A stretch of 64,000 nt of DNA from Gammaproteobacteria bacterium (GTDB lineage: Bacteria; Pseudomonadota; Gammaproteobacteria; UBA4575), in contig CBDCUI010000008.1 of assembly GCA_965222615.1 (NCBI GenBank), positions 192,001-256,000 of the forward strand. The letters are read 5' to 3'. This document shows positions 38,154-49,095 of this stretch, piece by piece. Each line of letters opens with the position of its first letter. The first letter of the stretch is position 1. The notes under the pieces are model-generated. The model did no database searches, was not told the DNA's origin, and saw nothing but the letters and a program-made list of their open reading frames with translations. Position numbers and translations under genes: made by a program.

Positions 38154-38169
38154 TGTGAGTCACCTCACA
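38154..38169 (+). promoter_or_regulatory. CRP-family binding site upstream of the polysaccharide locus
   Basis: Perfect TGTGA-gtcacc-TCACA; TACTAT at 38191-38196 would fit class II spacing. Confidence 0.65.
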
Positions 38170-38430
38170 ACCAAATTATCGTAACGAATTTACTATACTA
38201 TGGTTTGTCCCACATGCATGCTGTGGTATAGATTCTTATGACTATTGGTGGATTTTATTTGTGCGGGTTTGGGCGGCCTTTAAGTAGACAGAGTTCATAA
38301 AGTAGTGAACTAAGCTGTCAGACAGTAGTTCAAACGGAGAGTGATACAAATAATAAATACATCTTATCGATGTGTTCAATAAAGAGATTTGTATTGTAGT
38401 TAGTTAATAATAGGCTTCAAGGAGTAAGTA

Positions 38431-39087
38431 ATGATTTCAGTTAATCCTAGTTTGTATTTGCAAGCAAAACAGCGCATGTCTATACATTTTAATACTAATT
38501 TATTCCGTTTTACTACGACTATTTTATTTATTTTCATACTTTTGTTCTTTTCTATTGGGGTTTCAGTGGCCGGAGAAAAGTTTTCAGGTGCTTCGACTAA
38601 TCCTGCTGATTACCGGATTGGTCCGGAAGATGTTTTGTATATTTCTGTATGGAAAGAAGAGGAATTACAACGTGAGGTGCTGGTAAGACCTGATGGCGGA
38701 ATTTCTTTTCCGCTTGCTGGTGATATTCAAGTATCTGGTAAAACGCCTGTTGAAGTAGAGCAGGAAATTACAGCAAAAATCCAACATTATATTCCCGAAG
38801 CAGTTGTTAGTGTTTCTGTTAAAACTGTTTCTGGTTACACGATTTTTGTAAACGGTAAAGTAAAGCAACCTGGTAAATTTGTTGTTGGTCGGTATATGGA
38901 TGTCATGCAAGCAATTACTTTAGCTGGGGGTTTAGATACTTTTGCTAAAGAAGACTCTATCAAAGTTATTCGAAGACAGAACGGCAAGCAGGTAGTGCAT
39001 AGATTCAACTATAAAGAAGTTAAGAAGGGGAATAACCTAGAGCAAAATATAATTTTAAAAAGTGGTGATACTATTGTTGTTCCTTAA
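38431..39087 (+). CDS. wza: Polysaccharide export protein (Wza/Poly_export + SLBB)
   Basis: YRIGPEDVL, VRPDGGISFPL, LKSGDTIVVP; start uncertain. Confidence 0.88.
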   Translation: MISVNPSLYLQAKQRMSIHFNTNLFRFTTTILFIFILLFFSIGVSVAGEKFSGASTNPADYRIGPEDVLYISVWKEEELQREVLVRPDGGISFPLAGDIQVSGKTPVEVEQEITAKIQHYIPEAVVSVSVKTVSGYTIFVNGKVKQPGKFVVGRYMDVMQAITLAGGLDTFAKEDSIKVIRRQNGKQVVHRFNYKEVKKGNNLEQNIILKSGDTIVVP

Positions 39088-39161
39088 GTAGTTATTTTTT
39101 TGAAAAGTGATTAACTGCTTATATAAATAATTAAGACTAAATCAAAGAATAGAGAGTAGTT

Positions 39162-40430
39162 ATGAATAATATTGGGAAGCTATCTATGAAGAATAAAAGT
39201 GGGAGATTATTTTTGAAAACTGCTTGCGCCGTTAGCGCGCTTGTGATCGCGTCGAATTCAGTTAATGCAGCAGTATGGTTGTTTGATCCGACTATTACAC
39301 TATCGCAGGAGTATGATGATAATTACCGACTTGAGTCTGAATCTTCAAATGAAGATGAGGTTAGTACTACAAATCTTACTGGTGAATTAGCGCTAAAGGG
39401 AAAATCTGAACGTCTCGATGTTAAAGCATTGGTTCGGTTAGACGCGATTAAATATAGTGGTGATGATAGAAATTTAAGCGATAGAAATAACCAGCTTGTT
39501 AGTCTATCTTCAAATTATAAAGCTACAGAAAAAAATAGATTCTTTCTTAAATCTAATCTTCTTCGTGACACAATATTGAGATCGGCGAGAATTATTGCCT
39601 TACCTGGAGATATTGATGATGATGTGGCATTAGATCCTGATGAAGACATCGATGTAAATATAATTCAAAGAAATTTAAGAAGAAAGCGTTTTACATTAAA
39701 TACAGGTTGGCGATATCGTATAGATGAAAGAACAAATATTGGATTAGGGTATCGCTATAAGGATCTATCTTTTAGTGGCGGGAGTGACTCAGGCTTGGTT
39801 GAATCAGATCGGCAAACTATAAGTGCTAACCTAACGAGAAAAATTACTGAAAAAGATACGATTACTGGCAAGATCAGTGAATCTTATTTCCGTCCAGATA
39901 ATGATGGTCCGGATCAAGATGTAGACACTCTTGAGGCAAGAATAGGATGGATTCGTGATTTTTCAGAGACATTGCAAATGGATTTTACATTTGGTGGACG
40001 TGAGTCTGACTTTGATAATGCAAGAAAGAGTAGTGACTCAGGCTTTGTGGCAAACATTGGAGCGACAAAACGCACTGGTTTGACAACATACAGAGTTAAT
40101 TTAGAGAGAAAAGTTAATCCAAGTGCATCTGGAAATCAAGCAGAGGTTGATGAGTTGTCTATCTATGTAGATAGAGCGATTACAGAAAAATTGAGTTTCA
40201 ATTTTGACGGGCGAATATTTGATACAGAAACAACTGGAAACACGAACTCAGCATCTGACCGTGAGTATATTTCATTATCACCCTCATTAAAGTGGAGATT
40301 TTCGCCTTCTTGGGTGGCTGGTGTTTCATACAGATATACAGAAGAAGATCGAGATAATTTTGTTGGTGGAAGTGCTGATAATAATGGGGCACAAGTGAGC
40401 ATTAGTTATTCTCCGCCAAGACAATTTTAG
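39162..40430 (+). CDS. Outer-membrane beta-barrel protein of the EPS export system
   Basis: Signal peptide, EYDDN, amphipathic beta strands, terminal F. Confidence 0.75.
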   Translation: MNNIGKLSMKNKSGRLFLKTACAVSALVIASNSVNAAVWLFDPTITLSQEYDDNYRLESESSNEDEVSTTNLTGELALKGKSERLDVKALVRLDAIKYSGDDRNLSDRNNQLVSLSSNYKATEKNRFFLKSNLLRDTILRSARIIALPGDIDDDVALDPDEDIDVNIIQRNLRRKRFTLNTGWRYRIDERTNIGLGYRYKDLSFSGGSDSGLVESDRQTISANLTRKITEKDTITGKISESYFRPDNDGPDQDVDTLEARIGWIRDFSETLQMDFTFGGRESDFDNARKSSDSGFVANIGATKRTGLTTYRVNLERKVNPSASGNQAEVDELSIYVDRAITEKLSFNFDGRIFDTETTGNTNSASDREYISLSPSLKWRFSPSWVAGVSYRYTEEDRDNFVGGSADNNGAQVSISYSPPRQF

Positions 40431-40442
40431 ATACTCATTTAT

Positions 40443-42125
40443 TTGGGACATAAACATATGAGCAACTCTACAATTAATGAAATGCAACAAAGTCTTCAAT
40501 TAATGAGTTTTGGAGACTACTTTGAAATATTAAAGCGACGAAAATATGCTTTCATAATTCCCTTCATATTGGTCATGCTTGCGAGCATATCATTAGCCTA
40601 TTTGCTTCCATCCATATATAGGTCAGAAGCGACAATCTTAATTGAACGGCAAGAAATACCAAAGGAGCTAGTAGAAACCACAGTGACGGGCTATGTTCAG
40701 GAAAGAATTGAAGGCATTTCAAAAAGACTACTCACGCGGAAAAATTTATGGAATATAGTTGATAAGCTCGATCTGTATAAGGGGCAGCGGGATGATGAAA
40801 ATCGGTTTGATATCGTCACTGAAATGCGAAAAAACATAGCTGTAGAAATGGTTGATGTAAAAACGAGTGAGCCTGACCAAAGAAGGCAAGGAGTTGCAAC
40901 CATTGCATTTACGGTAGCCTATGAAGCTAAAGATGCAGCCGAAACTGAGTTGGTTGCTAATGAACTGGCATCATTGTTTATTGAAGAAAATAAAAGAAAG
41001 CGTACAGAGCATGCACGAGATGTATCAGACTTTTTAAAACAAGGGAGTGAGCGGTTAAGTCAGCAAATAAGTGAGCTGGAATCTAAATTAGCTGCCTTTA
41101 AACAGGAACAAAGGGAGCAGTTGCCTGAGTTAATGCAGCTTAATCTGCGGCTATATGAGAAAACCGAGAACGAAATAGAACGAACAAAAGAACAAATTCG
41201 AGCATACGAAGATAGTACAACAGCCTTACAGGCCGAAATGGCAATTACCAATCCGAACCAGGATATCATTGATGATACAGGTAGAAGAGTTCTAGCCGGA
41301 GAAGAACGTCTTAGTTTATTAACTGCCGAATATTTAAGTTTATCTGCAAAATATTCAGCGCAACACCCAGATCTTGTTAAGCTTCGTCGAGAGATTGAAG
41401 CGCTTGGCGGCGAAAAAGATGTCAGTGGTGTGACGGCCTTAATTGAGAATCTTACAGTTTTAAAAGATAAATTATCGAAAGCAAAACAAAAGTACTCAGC
41501 TGATCATCCAGAAGTCATAAGCATCCAGAAATCGGTCGCCGCCGTGGAGAGAGGCTTGCAAGCAGCGTCGCTTTCTTCGTCTGGTCATTCGACGAGGCTA
41601 TCAAGTGCACCTGATAACCCTCGTTATGTTTCATTAAAGACACAACTTAGTGCAGCTTTAAGTAATTTAAAATCAGAAAAAGCTAAGCTTGCTCAGTTGA
41701 ATGAAAAATTGGCTGAATATGAAAAAAGATTATTTCAAACGCCTGCAGTTGAGCGAGATTATAAATTATTGGTTCGGGACTATGAAATAGCTCGGAAAAA
41801 GTATAATGAGATCAAAAAGAAACAATTAGAGGCGTCGTTGGCTGTAGATTTAGAATCTACTGATAAGGGTGAACGATTTTCTATAGTGCAACCTGCTTAT
41901 TTGCCAGCTAGTCCTGAACGTCCAAATCGATTAGGTATTGGGCTTCTTGGTTTTCTACTCGCATGTGGTTGTGGGATTGGTGGTATGACAATCAGGGAAT
42001 ATACAGATCGTACTATCTACAACTCAAAGGATTTGATGTCTATATTTAATGCACCACCACTGGTAGTTGTTCCATATATTGATGAACCTAAAGACACCTC
42101 TAAAGATTTACCTCGTGCGGCATAG
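40443..42125 (+). CDS. Wzc/GumC-type polysaccharide co-polymerase
   Basis: Two TMs flanking coiled coils; YSAQHPD; PASPERPNR; start probably a downstream ATG. Confidence 0.88.
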   Translation: MGHKHMSNSTINEMQQSLQLMSFGDYFEILKRRKYAFIIPFILVMLASISLAYLLPSIYRSEATILIERQEIPKELVETTVTGYVQERIEGISKRLLTRKNLWNIVDKLDLYKGQRDDENRFDIVTEMRKNIAVEMVDVKTSEPDQRRQGVATIAFTVAYEAKDAAETELVANELASLFIEENKRKRTEHARDVSDFLKQGSERLSQQISELESKLAAFKQEQREQLPELMQLNLRLYEKTENEIERTKEQIRAYEDSTTALQAEMAITNPNQDIIDDTGRRVLAGEERLSLLTAEYLSLSAKYSAQHPDLVKLRREIEALGGEKDVSGVTALIENLTVLKDKLSKAKQKYSADHPEVISIQKSVAAVERGLQAASLSSSGHSTRLSSAPDNPRYVSLKTQLSAALSNLKSEKAKLAQLNEKLAEYEKRLFQTPAVERDYKLLVRDYEIARKKYNEIKKKQLEASLAVDLESTDKGERFSIVQPAYLPASPERPNRLGIGLLGFLLACGCGIGGMTIREYTDRTIYNSKDLMSIFNAPPLVVVPYIDEPKDTSKDLPRAA

Positions 42126-42332
42126 AAGTTTCATTAGTAAAGGTTAAAGTTTAGGTGGCTACGATACTATTAAGTCCTTCGGTAAGTATTGTGATAAAGA
42201 GTACTGGAAACATTTGTTCCTTTACCTTTTTACCAGTTTTATCGTTAACATACAGCCTTTTATAGAAATATAAAAAAATGAGTGATTCTAGGGAATAAAA
42301 TATTACCGCAACAAATAATGGAATACTAAAGT

Positions 42333-43133
42333 ATGAGCAGAATTTCTAAAGCTGTAGAACTTGCCAGAAAGGAAGGAGCCTTTCTTAAGAGCCCTATTGA
42401 AAGTAATGGCGATCATGCCGCCATTGAAGCCGATTATGTCAAAACTAATAAAGTTATAGTTAGTCATAATGTACTTAGAAAAAACCGAGTTTTAACGGCA
42501 ATCAGTGATCACCAAGTAATTGACACTTATAGATTGTTGCGCACACGTGTACTTCGCCGTATGCGACAGAATGCTTGGAAAAGTCTTGGGGTAACCAGTG
42601 CCGGTAAAAATGATGGCAAAACTTTAACAAGTATAAATCTCGGAATCAGTATCGCAATGAAACAAAATTATTCGGTAGTAGTTGTAGATACAGATCTTAG
42701 AAATCCAAGTGTACATAAATTATTTGGGTTTGAGCCTGAATATGGGCTTGTTGATTACTTAAAGTCAAATGTACCTCTTGATAAAGTTTTGGTAAATCCT
42801 GATATTGATCGTTTAGTAATTCTTCCAGGAAATAAAAACGTAGATGCATCGTCTGAATTATTGTCTTCTCCTAAAATGTCGCGTTTAGCCAAAGATTTAA
42901 AAACACGGTATCCAACACGTATTGTAATATATGATTTACCACCTGTTCTTGTTGGCGACGATGTCGTAGCGTTTGCTCCTAACTTAGATACGGCCTTGTT
43001 CGTAGTTGAAGAAGGAGGCACAGATTCCGATAAGCTGAAACGGTCAATACAATTGTTAGAGGGCATTGATATTATTGGGACGGTGTTAAATAAATCTAAA
43101 GAAAGTCCTCAAAATGATAGTTATTATTATTAA
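42333..43133 (+). CDS. CpsD/CapB-family BY tyrosine kinase
   Basis: SAGKNDGKT, DTDLR, YDLPP, C-terminal YYY. Confidence 0.9.
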   Translation: MSRISKAVELARKEGAFLKSPIESNGDHAAIEADYVKTNKVIVSHNVLRKNRVLTAISDHQVIDTYRLLRTRVLRRMRQNAWKSLGVTSAGKNDGKTLTSINLGISIAMKQNYSVVVVDTDLRNPSVHKLFGFEPEYGLVDYLKSNVPLDKVLVNPDIDRLVILPGNKNVDASSELLSSPKMSRLAKDLKTRYPTRIVIYDLPPVLVGDDVVAFAPNLDTALFVVEEGGTDSDKLKRSIQLLEGIDIIGTVLNKSKESPQNDSYYY

Positions 43134-43294
43134 ATAAAGTTTTAATATTTAAGTATCTCTAAGATTTCCGCACTATAAAGTTAATCTGGCATACTAAGGG
43201 CGACCTTGGGGCATTAACAAGTTTCAAAAAGATGACGAATTAATTGTTCGTGCAAAATGTATTTAAATTTTTACAAAGAGATGGGAAGTTTGTA

Positions 43295-44068
43295 ATGAAA
43301 GCGGTAATACTTGCAGGAGGATTGGGTACAAGATTATCTGAAGAAACAGTGGTAAAACCTAAGCCTATGGTGGAGATAGGGGGAAAACCAATTCTATGGC
43401 ATATTATGAAGATATACCATGCGCATGAAATAAAAGAGTTTATTGTATGCTGTGGCTATAAAGGTCATGTGATAAAAGAATATTTTGCGAATTACTTATT
43501 ACATAATTCCAACGTTACTTTCGATACTAAAAATAATGAAATGGAGATCCATAAAAATAATGCTGAAGACTGGCGTGTTACGTTGATTAATACTGGTGAT
43601 TCTACGATGACAGGTGGTCGCTTAAAACGAGTGCAGGAGTTTTTGGGAGATGAAACATTCTGTATGACATATGGCGATGGTGTTACTGACTCTAATATTA
43701 AAAAGACTATCAAATTTCACAAAGAGCAAAATAGGCTCGCGACACTAACCGCAGTACAGCCTCCTGGTAGATTTGGTGCGTTTACCTTATCTGAGGACAA
43801 AACTAAGATTGAACATTTTAGAGAAAAGCCAAAAGGTGATAACGCGTGGATTAATGGGGGGTTTTTTGTGCTTGAGCCCGGCGTACTAGAATATGTTAAA
43901 GATGACAATACCGTGTGGGAACAAGAACCACTAACTGGTTTAGCGCATGATTCACAATTGTCTGCTTACAAGCATGATGGTTTTTGGCAGTCGATGGACA
44001 CACTTCGAGATAAAAGTGTATTAGAAGATCTTTGGGACAGTGATAGCCCGCCATGGAAAATATGGTAA
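43295..44068 (+). CDS. rfbF: Glucose-1-phosphate cytidylyltransferase
   Basis: [42 protein letters not shown]. Confidence 0.95.
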   Translation: MKAVILAGGLGTRLSEETVVKPKPMVEIGGKPILWHIMKIYHAHEIKEFIVCCGYKGHVIKEYFANYLLHNSNVTFDTKNNEMEIHKNNAEDWRVTLINTGDSTMTGGRLKRVQEFLGDETFCMTYGDGVTDSNIKKTIKFHKEQNRLATLTAVQPPGRFGAFTLSEDKTKIEHFREKPKGDNAWINGGFFVLEPGVLEYVKDDNTVWEQEPLTGLAHDSQLSAYKHDGFWQSMDTLRDKSVLEDLWDSDSPPWKIW

Positions 44069-44072
44069 CGAC

Positions 44073-45272
44073 GTGTACACAGCAGATTTTCTTGTTATTG
44101 GTGGTGGGATAATAGGAACCAATATTGCTTTAGCGCTGAAAAATAAATTTTCTGATTGCAAAGTAATAATCATCGAAAAAGAACAATCTCTTGGAGTTCA
44201 TGCAAGTGGCCGTAATAGTGGTGTACTACATGCAGGCTTTTATTATACGGCGGATAGTCTAAAGGCTAAGTTTACAAGAAACGGAAATGCTCTACTTACC
44301 GAATATTGTGAACAAAGAAATATACCTATAAATAAATGTGGCAAGCTTGTAGTCGCGCTGAATGAAACAGAAGATAAACTCTTAGACCTCCTAATGGAAA
44401 GGGGTATTAAGAACGGAGTTCATTTACAGCAAGTCTCAAAAGAGGAAATGCATGAAATTGAACCAAGAGCATATTCTTGGAGTCGTGCAATATTTTCTCC
44501 TACAACTTCTTCTGCAGATCCTATGGCAGTAATTCGATCTATGGAAGCAGATGCTAAAAGTGTAGGTGTTGATATTCATTATGGGACAAAATATCTTCGC
44601 AATAAGAATAACAAAATTGAAACTACAAATGGTTCTTATAATGTTAAATATGTAATCAACGCAGCTGGATTATATGCTGATAAAATAGCACGAGATTTTA
44701 ATTTTTGTGAAAATTATACAATTTTGCCGTTTAAAGGAATCTATTTAAAATCTAATGAACCTGCTGGCGTTTATCAGACCCATATTTACCCTGTGCCAGA
44801 TTTAGAAAATCCATTTTTAGGAGTTCATTTTACAATTCAGGTAGATGGCAAGGTAAAAATTGGGCCTACGGCAATACCTGCATTCTGGAGAGAACAGTAT
44901 AAATATTTGGATAATTTTAAGTTCAATGAATTTGTAGATATTTCTTCAAGGTCTGCAGGATTGTTGTTACATTCAAATTTCAACTTTTCTAAACTTGCGA
45001 TTGATGAGATTAAAAAATACTCCCGCAAGAGATTGATAGGACTCGCAAAAAGTCTGGTGCCTGATATCCAACAAAAATTTTTCAGGCAATGGGCAAAGCC
45101 GGGAATTCGTGCACAGTTAATTGACTTGAAAAATCGTAAACTTGAAATGGACTTTGTGTTAGAAGGCGATGAAAGATCTATGCACGTTCTAAACGCTGTT
45201 TCACCTGGTTGGACTTGTTCGATACCATTTTCAAAATATGTAGTTAGTAAAATTAATAGGAGACTTAATTGA
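44073..45272 (+). CDS. lhgO: L-2-hydroxyglutarate oxidase-like FAD oxidoreductase
   Basis: IGGGIIG, HASGRNSGVLHAG, PFLGVHFT, GIRAQ, NAVSPG; GTG 44073 is the likely start. Confidence 0.85.
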   Translation: MYTADFLVIGGGIIGTNIALALKNKFSDCKVIIIEKEQSLGVHASGRNSGVLHAGFYYTADSLKAKFTRNGNALLTEYCEQRNIPINKCGKLVVALNETEDKLLDLLMERGIKNGVHLQQVSKEEMHEIEPRAYSWSRAIFSPTTSSADPMAVIRSMEADAKSVGVDIHYGTKYLRNKNNKIETTNGSYNVKYVINAAGLYADKIARDFNFCENYTILPFKGIYLKSNEPAGVYQTHIYPVPDLENPFLGVHFTIQVDGKVKIGPTAIPAFWREQYKYLDNFKFNEFVDISSRSAGLLLHSNFNFSKLAIDEIKKYSRKRLIGLAKSLVPDIQQKFFRQWAKPGIRAQLIDLKNRKLEMDFVLEGDERSMHVLNAVSPGWTCSIPFSKYVVSKINRRLN

Positions 45273-46339
45273 GTAGTTTAAAGAAAATTCTTATCACTGG
45301 AAATATGGGATATATTGGCCCAGTTCTAACGGCTTATTTGAGGTCAATTTATCCTCATTTAGAAATTTATGGAGTTGATCTAGGTTTTTTTGGGCAGTGT
45401 CTTACCGGTGCGCCGGTAATACCGGAATCCCGTGTAGATGTTCAATATATCTCAGATGTGCGCAAACAACCGGATAACTTATTAGAGGGCATTGATGCGG
45501 TAATTCACTTGGCAGCAATTTCAAATGATCCTATGGGCAATGCATTTGAAGATGTAACAGAGGAAATTAATTACCAAGCTAGTGTGAATATCGCTAAACA
45601 AGCCAAACAAGCTGGAGTAAGGTCATTTGTATTTGCCTCGAGTTGCAGTGTGTATGGATATGCTGAAGGTGATGCCAGAAATGAAGAATCAGATTTAAAT
45701 CCATTGACCGCTTATGCTAAGTCAAAAATTAACACAGAGAAAGCGATTCAGAATCTGGCAGATCAGGATTTTATAATTACGAGTCTTCGATTTCCTACAG
45801 CTTGTGGAATGAGTGATCGTTTACGACTTGATCTTGTTTTGAATGATTTTGTTGCATCAGCCGTAGCCTCAAAAAAGATTACTATTTTAAGTGATGGTAC
45901 ACCTTGGAGACCATTGATTGATGTCAAAGATATGTCAAGAGCAATAGATTGGGGTATAAATCGAACTTCAGATGCTGGCGGACTATTTTTGGCAATTAAT
46001 GTTGGTCGTACAGAATGGAATTATCAAGTAAAGGAATTAGCCGAAAAAGTAAATGAAATTATGCCAGATATTGAAATTGAGATTAATTCTGATGCGCAGC
46101 CGGATAAAAGATCCTATCGTGTAGATTTTAGTTTATATAAAAAACTTGCTCCTCATCACCAGCCGCAGGTAGATCTAATTCAGTCGATAACTGAGTTAAA
46201 AAATGGCTTGGAAAAAATCCAATTTAGTGACACAAATTTTAGAGATTCTGAATACATTCGCCTCAAAGTGCTATCTAGACTGAGAAAAGATGGTTTGTTA
46301 TCTAAAAAACTAGAGTGGACAAATCGAGTAACTCAGTGA
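45269..46339 (+). CDS. NAD-dependent epimerase/dehydratase
   Basis: TGNMGYIG, HLAAISND, ASSCSVYG, YAKSK. Confidence 0.9.
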   Translation: MSSLKKILITGNMGYIGPVLTAYLRSIYPHLEIYGVDLGFFGQCLTGAPVIPESRVDVQYISDVRKQPDNLLEGIDAVIHLAAISNDPMGNAFEDVTEEINYQASVNIAKQAKQAGVRSFVFASSCSVYGYAEGDARNEESDLNPLTAYAKSKINTEKAIQNLADQDFIITSLRFPTACGMSDRLRLDLVLNDFVASAVASKKITILSDGTPWRPLIDVKDMSRAIDWGINRTSDAGGLFLAINVGRTEWNYQVKELAEKVNEIMPDIEIEINSDAQPDKRSYRVDFSLYKKLAPHHQPQVDLIQSITELKNGLEKIQFSDTNFRDSEYIRLKVLSRLRKDGLLSKKLEWTNRVTQ

Positions 46340-46360
46340 GTAAAATTGCAAGCTTAAAGA

Positions 46361-46894
46361 GTGATGATTTTTGAAAAAACCAAGCTCAAAGACGTTCATA
46401 TAGTAAAACTGGAGACTTTAACGGATGAACGCGGATTTTTTGCGCGATCTTGGTGTAAAAAGGAATTTGCTGAGCATGGGCTAGTTAATGACTATGTTCA
46501 GACAAATCTATCATTCAATAGATTGAAAGGCACTTTAAGAGGCATGCATTACCAAGTAGAGCCTTATGGAGAAACTAAACTCGTCAGATGTATAAAAGGT
46601 GCAATTTATGATGTAGTAATCGATTTGCGCAAACAGTCCAACACTTACTTAGAATGGTTAGGAGTTGAGTTGAACGAAGAAAATCGTGACATGCTCTATA
46701 TTCCTAAAGGGTTTGCGCACGGTTTTATAACGCTTGAAGATAATACAGAAGTTTATTATCAGATGTCAGAGTATTATAAACCAGAAGCTGCACGTGGTCT
46801 TAGGTATGACGACCCAACATTCAATATACGGTGGCCTGTTGCTGTTGAAGAGATTGCTGAAAAGGATTTGGCTTGGAGTAGTTTTCATAGTTAG
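46361..46894 (+). CDS. rfbC: NDP-4-keto-6-deoxyhexose 3,5-epimerase (RmlC family)
   Basis: DERGFF, RGMHYQ, IPKGFAHGF. Confidence 0.92.
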   Translation: MMIFEKTKLKDVHIVKLETLTDERGFFARSWCKKEFAEHGLVNDYVQTNLSFNRLKGTLRGMHYQVEPYGETKLVRCIKGAIYDVVIDLRKQSNTYLEWLGVELNEENRDMLYIPKGFAHGFITLEDNTEVYYQMSEYYKPEAARGLRYDDPTFNIRWPVAVEEIAEKDLAWSSFHS

Positions 46895-46960
46895 AAACGT
46901 GGTACGTATTTCTAAATATATCTTTTGATAGTTCCATATAAAGCATATAAAAATTAACAA

Positions 46961-47689
46961 ATGAATGAACTAAAAAATCAAGTTGCTGTAGTAACTGGTG
47001 CCACTAGTGGCATTGGTAAAGCTTGTTGTTATGCATTGGCTAAAGAAAGTGTATCAGTATGTCTGTTAGGAAGAAATACAAGTGAGTTAAACAAAATTGA
47101 AAAAGAATTAAAGGAAATCTCTCCTCTAACTAGAGCCGTGAAAGTTGATTTATTTAAAGATAGTGAAATAAATGAGGTAGTGAAATTTATTAAGAGTGAC
47201 TATGAGGCTATACATATATTAGTGCATAGTGCTGGCATATATTCTGTAGGAAGTATTCAAGAAGCAAAAGTACAAGAGTTTGATGATCAATATAAAATAA
47301 ATGTACGCGCTCCTTATTTGCTCACTCAGCAGCTTTTGCCTTTACTTGACAAAGAGGTTGGACAAATAGCATTTATTAATTCAACAGTGGCGATGGGCGC
47401 AAAGAGTAATCTATCTCAATACTGTGCAACAAAATCAGCTTTAAAGGCTTTAGCTGATAGTCTACGTATGGAAATAAACTCATTAGGCGTAAGAGTGCTA
47501 ACGGTTTATCCTGGTCGTACAGCCACTCCAATGCAAGAGGCTGTATGTGAAACTGGGGGTGTTGCATATAATCCAGAATTCATGATTCAACCTGAGCAAG
47601 TTGCCAAACTGTTAGTTTCATCATTTAAGATGCCTCGTGATGCTGAGATTACCGATATAACAGTACGCCCAATGAAAGTTATGCGATAG
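46961..47689 (+). CDS. SDR oxidoreductase
   Basis: TGATSGIG, YCATK. Confidence 0.9.
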   Translation: MNELKNQVAVVTGATSGIGKACCYALAKESVSVCLLGRNTSELNKIEKELKEISPLTRAVKVDLFKDSEINEVVKFIKSDYEAIHILVHSAGIYSVGSIQEAKVQEFDDQYKINVRAPYLLTQQLLPLLDKEVGQIAFINSTVAMGAKSNLSQYCATKSALKALADSLRMEINSLGVRVLTVYPGRTATPMQEAVCETGGVAYNPEFMIQPEQVAKLLVSSFKMPRDAEITDITVRPMKVMR

Positions 47690-47812
47690 TAGTTATTTCA
47701 TGCGAGAAAAATTCTTATTACGCGAAAAAATAAACGGAATTATCAGAATATAGCTTGAGAGCAATCACTGTAATTATACTGGGTAAAAATTTTATTAATT
47801 GGAAATATCATA

Positions 47813-49051
47813 ATGACTAATTTTAATTGCCGCTTTTGTGGGACGAAACTTAACCATGTATTTGCGGATTTAGGTTCAACCCCAATTGCAAATGATTATA
47901 TTAAGGCAGAGAACTTACATTCTATGGAGCCTTTTTATCCGTTGGAAGTTTATGTCTGTGACTCATGTTTATTAGTGCAGTTACCAGAGCATCAGACTGC
48001 TGAGAACATATTTGCAGAGGACTATACTTATTTTTCTTCATACTCTGATAGTTGGTTAAAGCATTCAAGCGACTATGTTGACATGATGATAGATCGTTTT
48101 GGATTTAATAAAGATTCAAAAGTAATCGAAATTGCTAGCAATGATGGCTATTTGTTGAAATATTTTAAACAAAAAGGAGTGCCAATTTTAGGCATAGAGC
48201 CAGCTGCTAATGTAGCTGAAGTTGCTGAAAAAAATGGAATTCCATCTATTGTCAAGTTTTTTGGTGTGCAAACTGCAAATGATTTGGTTAATGATGGAAT
48301 ACAGGCCGATTTGACACTGGGAAATAATGTTCTAGCACATGTTCCTGATATTAATGATTTTGTGAGTGGTATGAAAATAATTTTAAAAGAAGATGGCGTA
48401 ATTACGATGGAATTTCCACACCTATTGCGGCTTATGGAGTTAAATCAGTTTGATACGATATATCACGAACACTTTTCTTATTTATCGTTTACTACTGTCG
48501 AAAAAATTTTTGCTCATCATGGTCTGGCATTATTTGATGTTGAGGAGCTTCCAACTCATGGAGGTTCGTTACGTATTTTTGCAAAACATCAACAAGATGA
48601 CAGTAAACCAATCTCTGATCGCGTATCTAATTTGAAAAATTTGGAAGCCGAAAAAGGATTTACAGAACTAGAACACTACTTACGCTATCAAAATCAAATT
48701 GATGAGACCAAGCGAAATTTACTTAAGTTCCTCATCAATGCCAGAGAGGAAGGGAAGATAGTTGTGGGGTATGGAGCTCCGGCTAAAGGTAATACATTGC
48801 TTAATTACTGCGGAGTGGGTAAAGATTTTGTTCAATATACCGTAGATAGGAGCCCAGTTAAGCAAAATTGTTGTCTGCCAGGCACACGCATACCCATCTA
48901 TGATCCTGAAAAGATTTTTGAGACACGCCCAGATTATATTCTCCTCTTACCTTGGAACTTGAAGGATGAAATTATTAAGCAAATGCAAGAAGTACGCTCT
49001 TGGGGGTGCAAATTTGTTGTACCTATTCCTTCTGTAAAGGTTATCGACTAA
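47813..49051 (+). CDS. NDP-sugar C-methyltransferase-like SAM-dependent methyltransferase
   Basis: Zn motif CRFC..CDSC, EIASNDG, IYHEH, GYGAPAKG. Confidence 0.88.
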   Translation: MTNFNCRFCGTKLNHVFADLGSTPIANDYIKAENLHSMEPFYPLEVYVCDSCLLVQLPEHQTAENIFAEDYTYFSSYSDSWLKHSSDYVDMMIDRFGFNKDSKVIEIASNDGYLLKYFKQKGVPILGIEPAANVAEVAEKNGIPSIVKFFGVQTANDLVNDGIQADLTLGNNVLAHVPDINDFVSGMKIILKEDGVITMEFPHLLRLMELNQFDTIYHEHFSYLSFTTVEKIFAHHGLALFDVEELPTHGGSLRIFAKHQQDDSKPISDRVSNLKNLEAEKGFTELEHYLRYQNQIDETKRNLLKFLINAREEGKIVVGYGAPAKGNTLLNYCGVGKDFVQYTVDRSPVKQNCCLPGTRIPIYDPEKIFETRPDYILLLPWNLKDEIIKQMQEVRSWGCKFVVPIPSVKVID

Positions 49052-49095
49052 ACCAATAATCTATTCTTGTTTATTAGTATGGCTATATATAAGTT

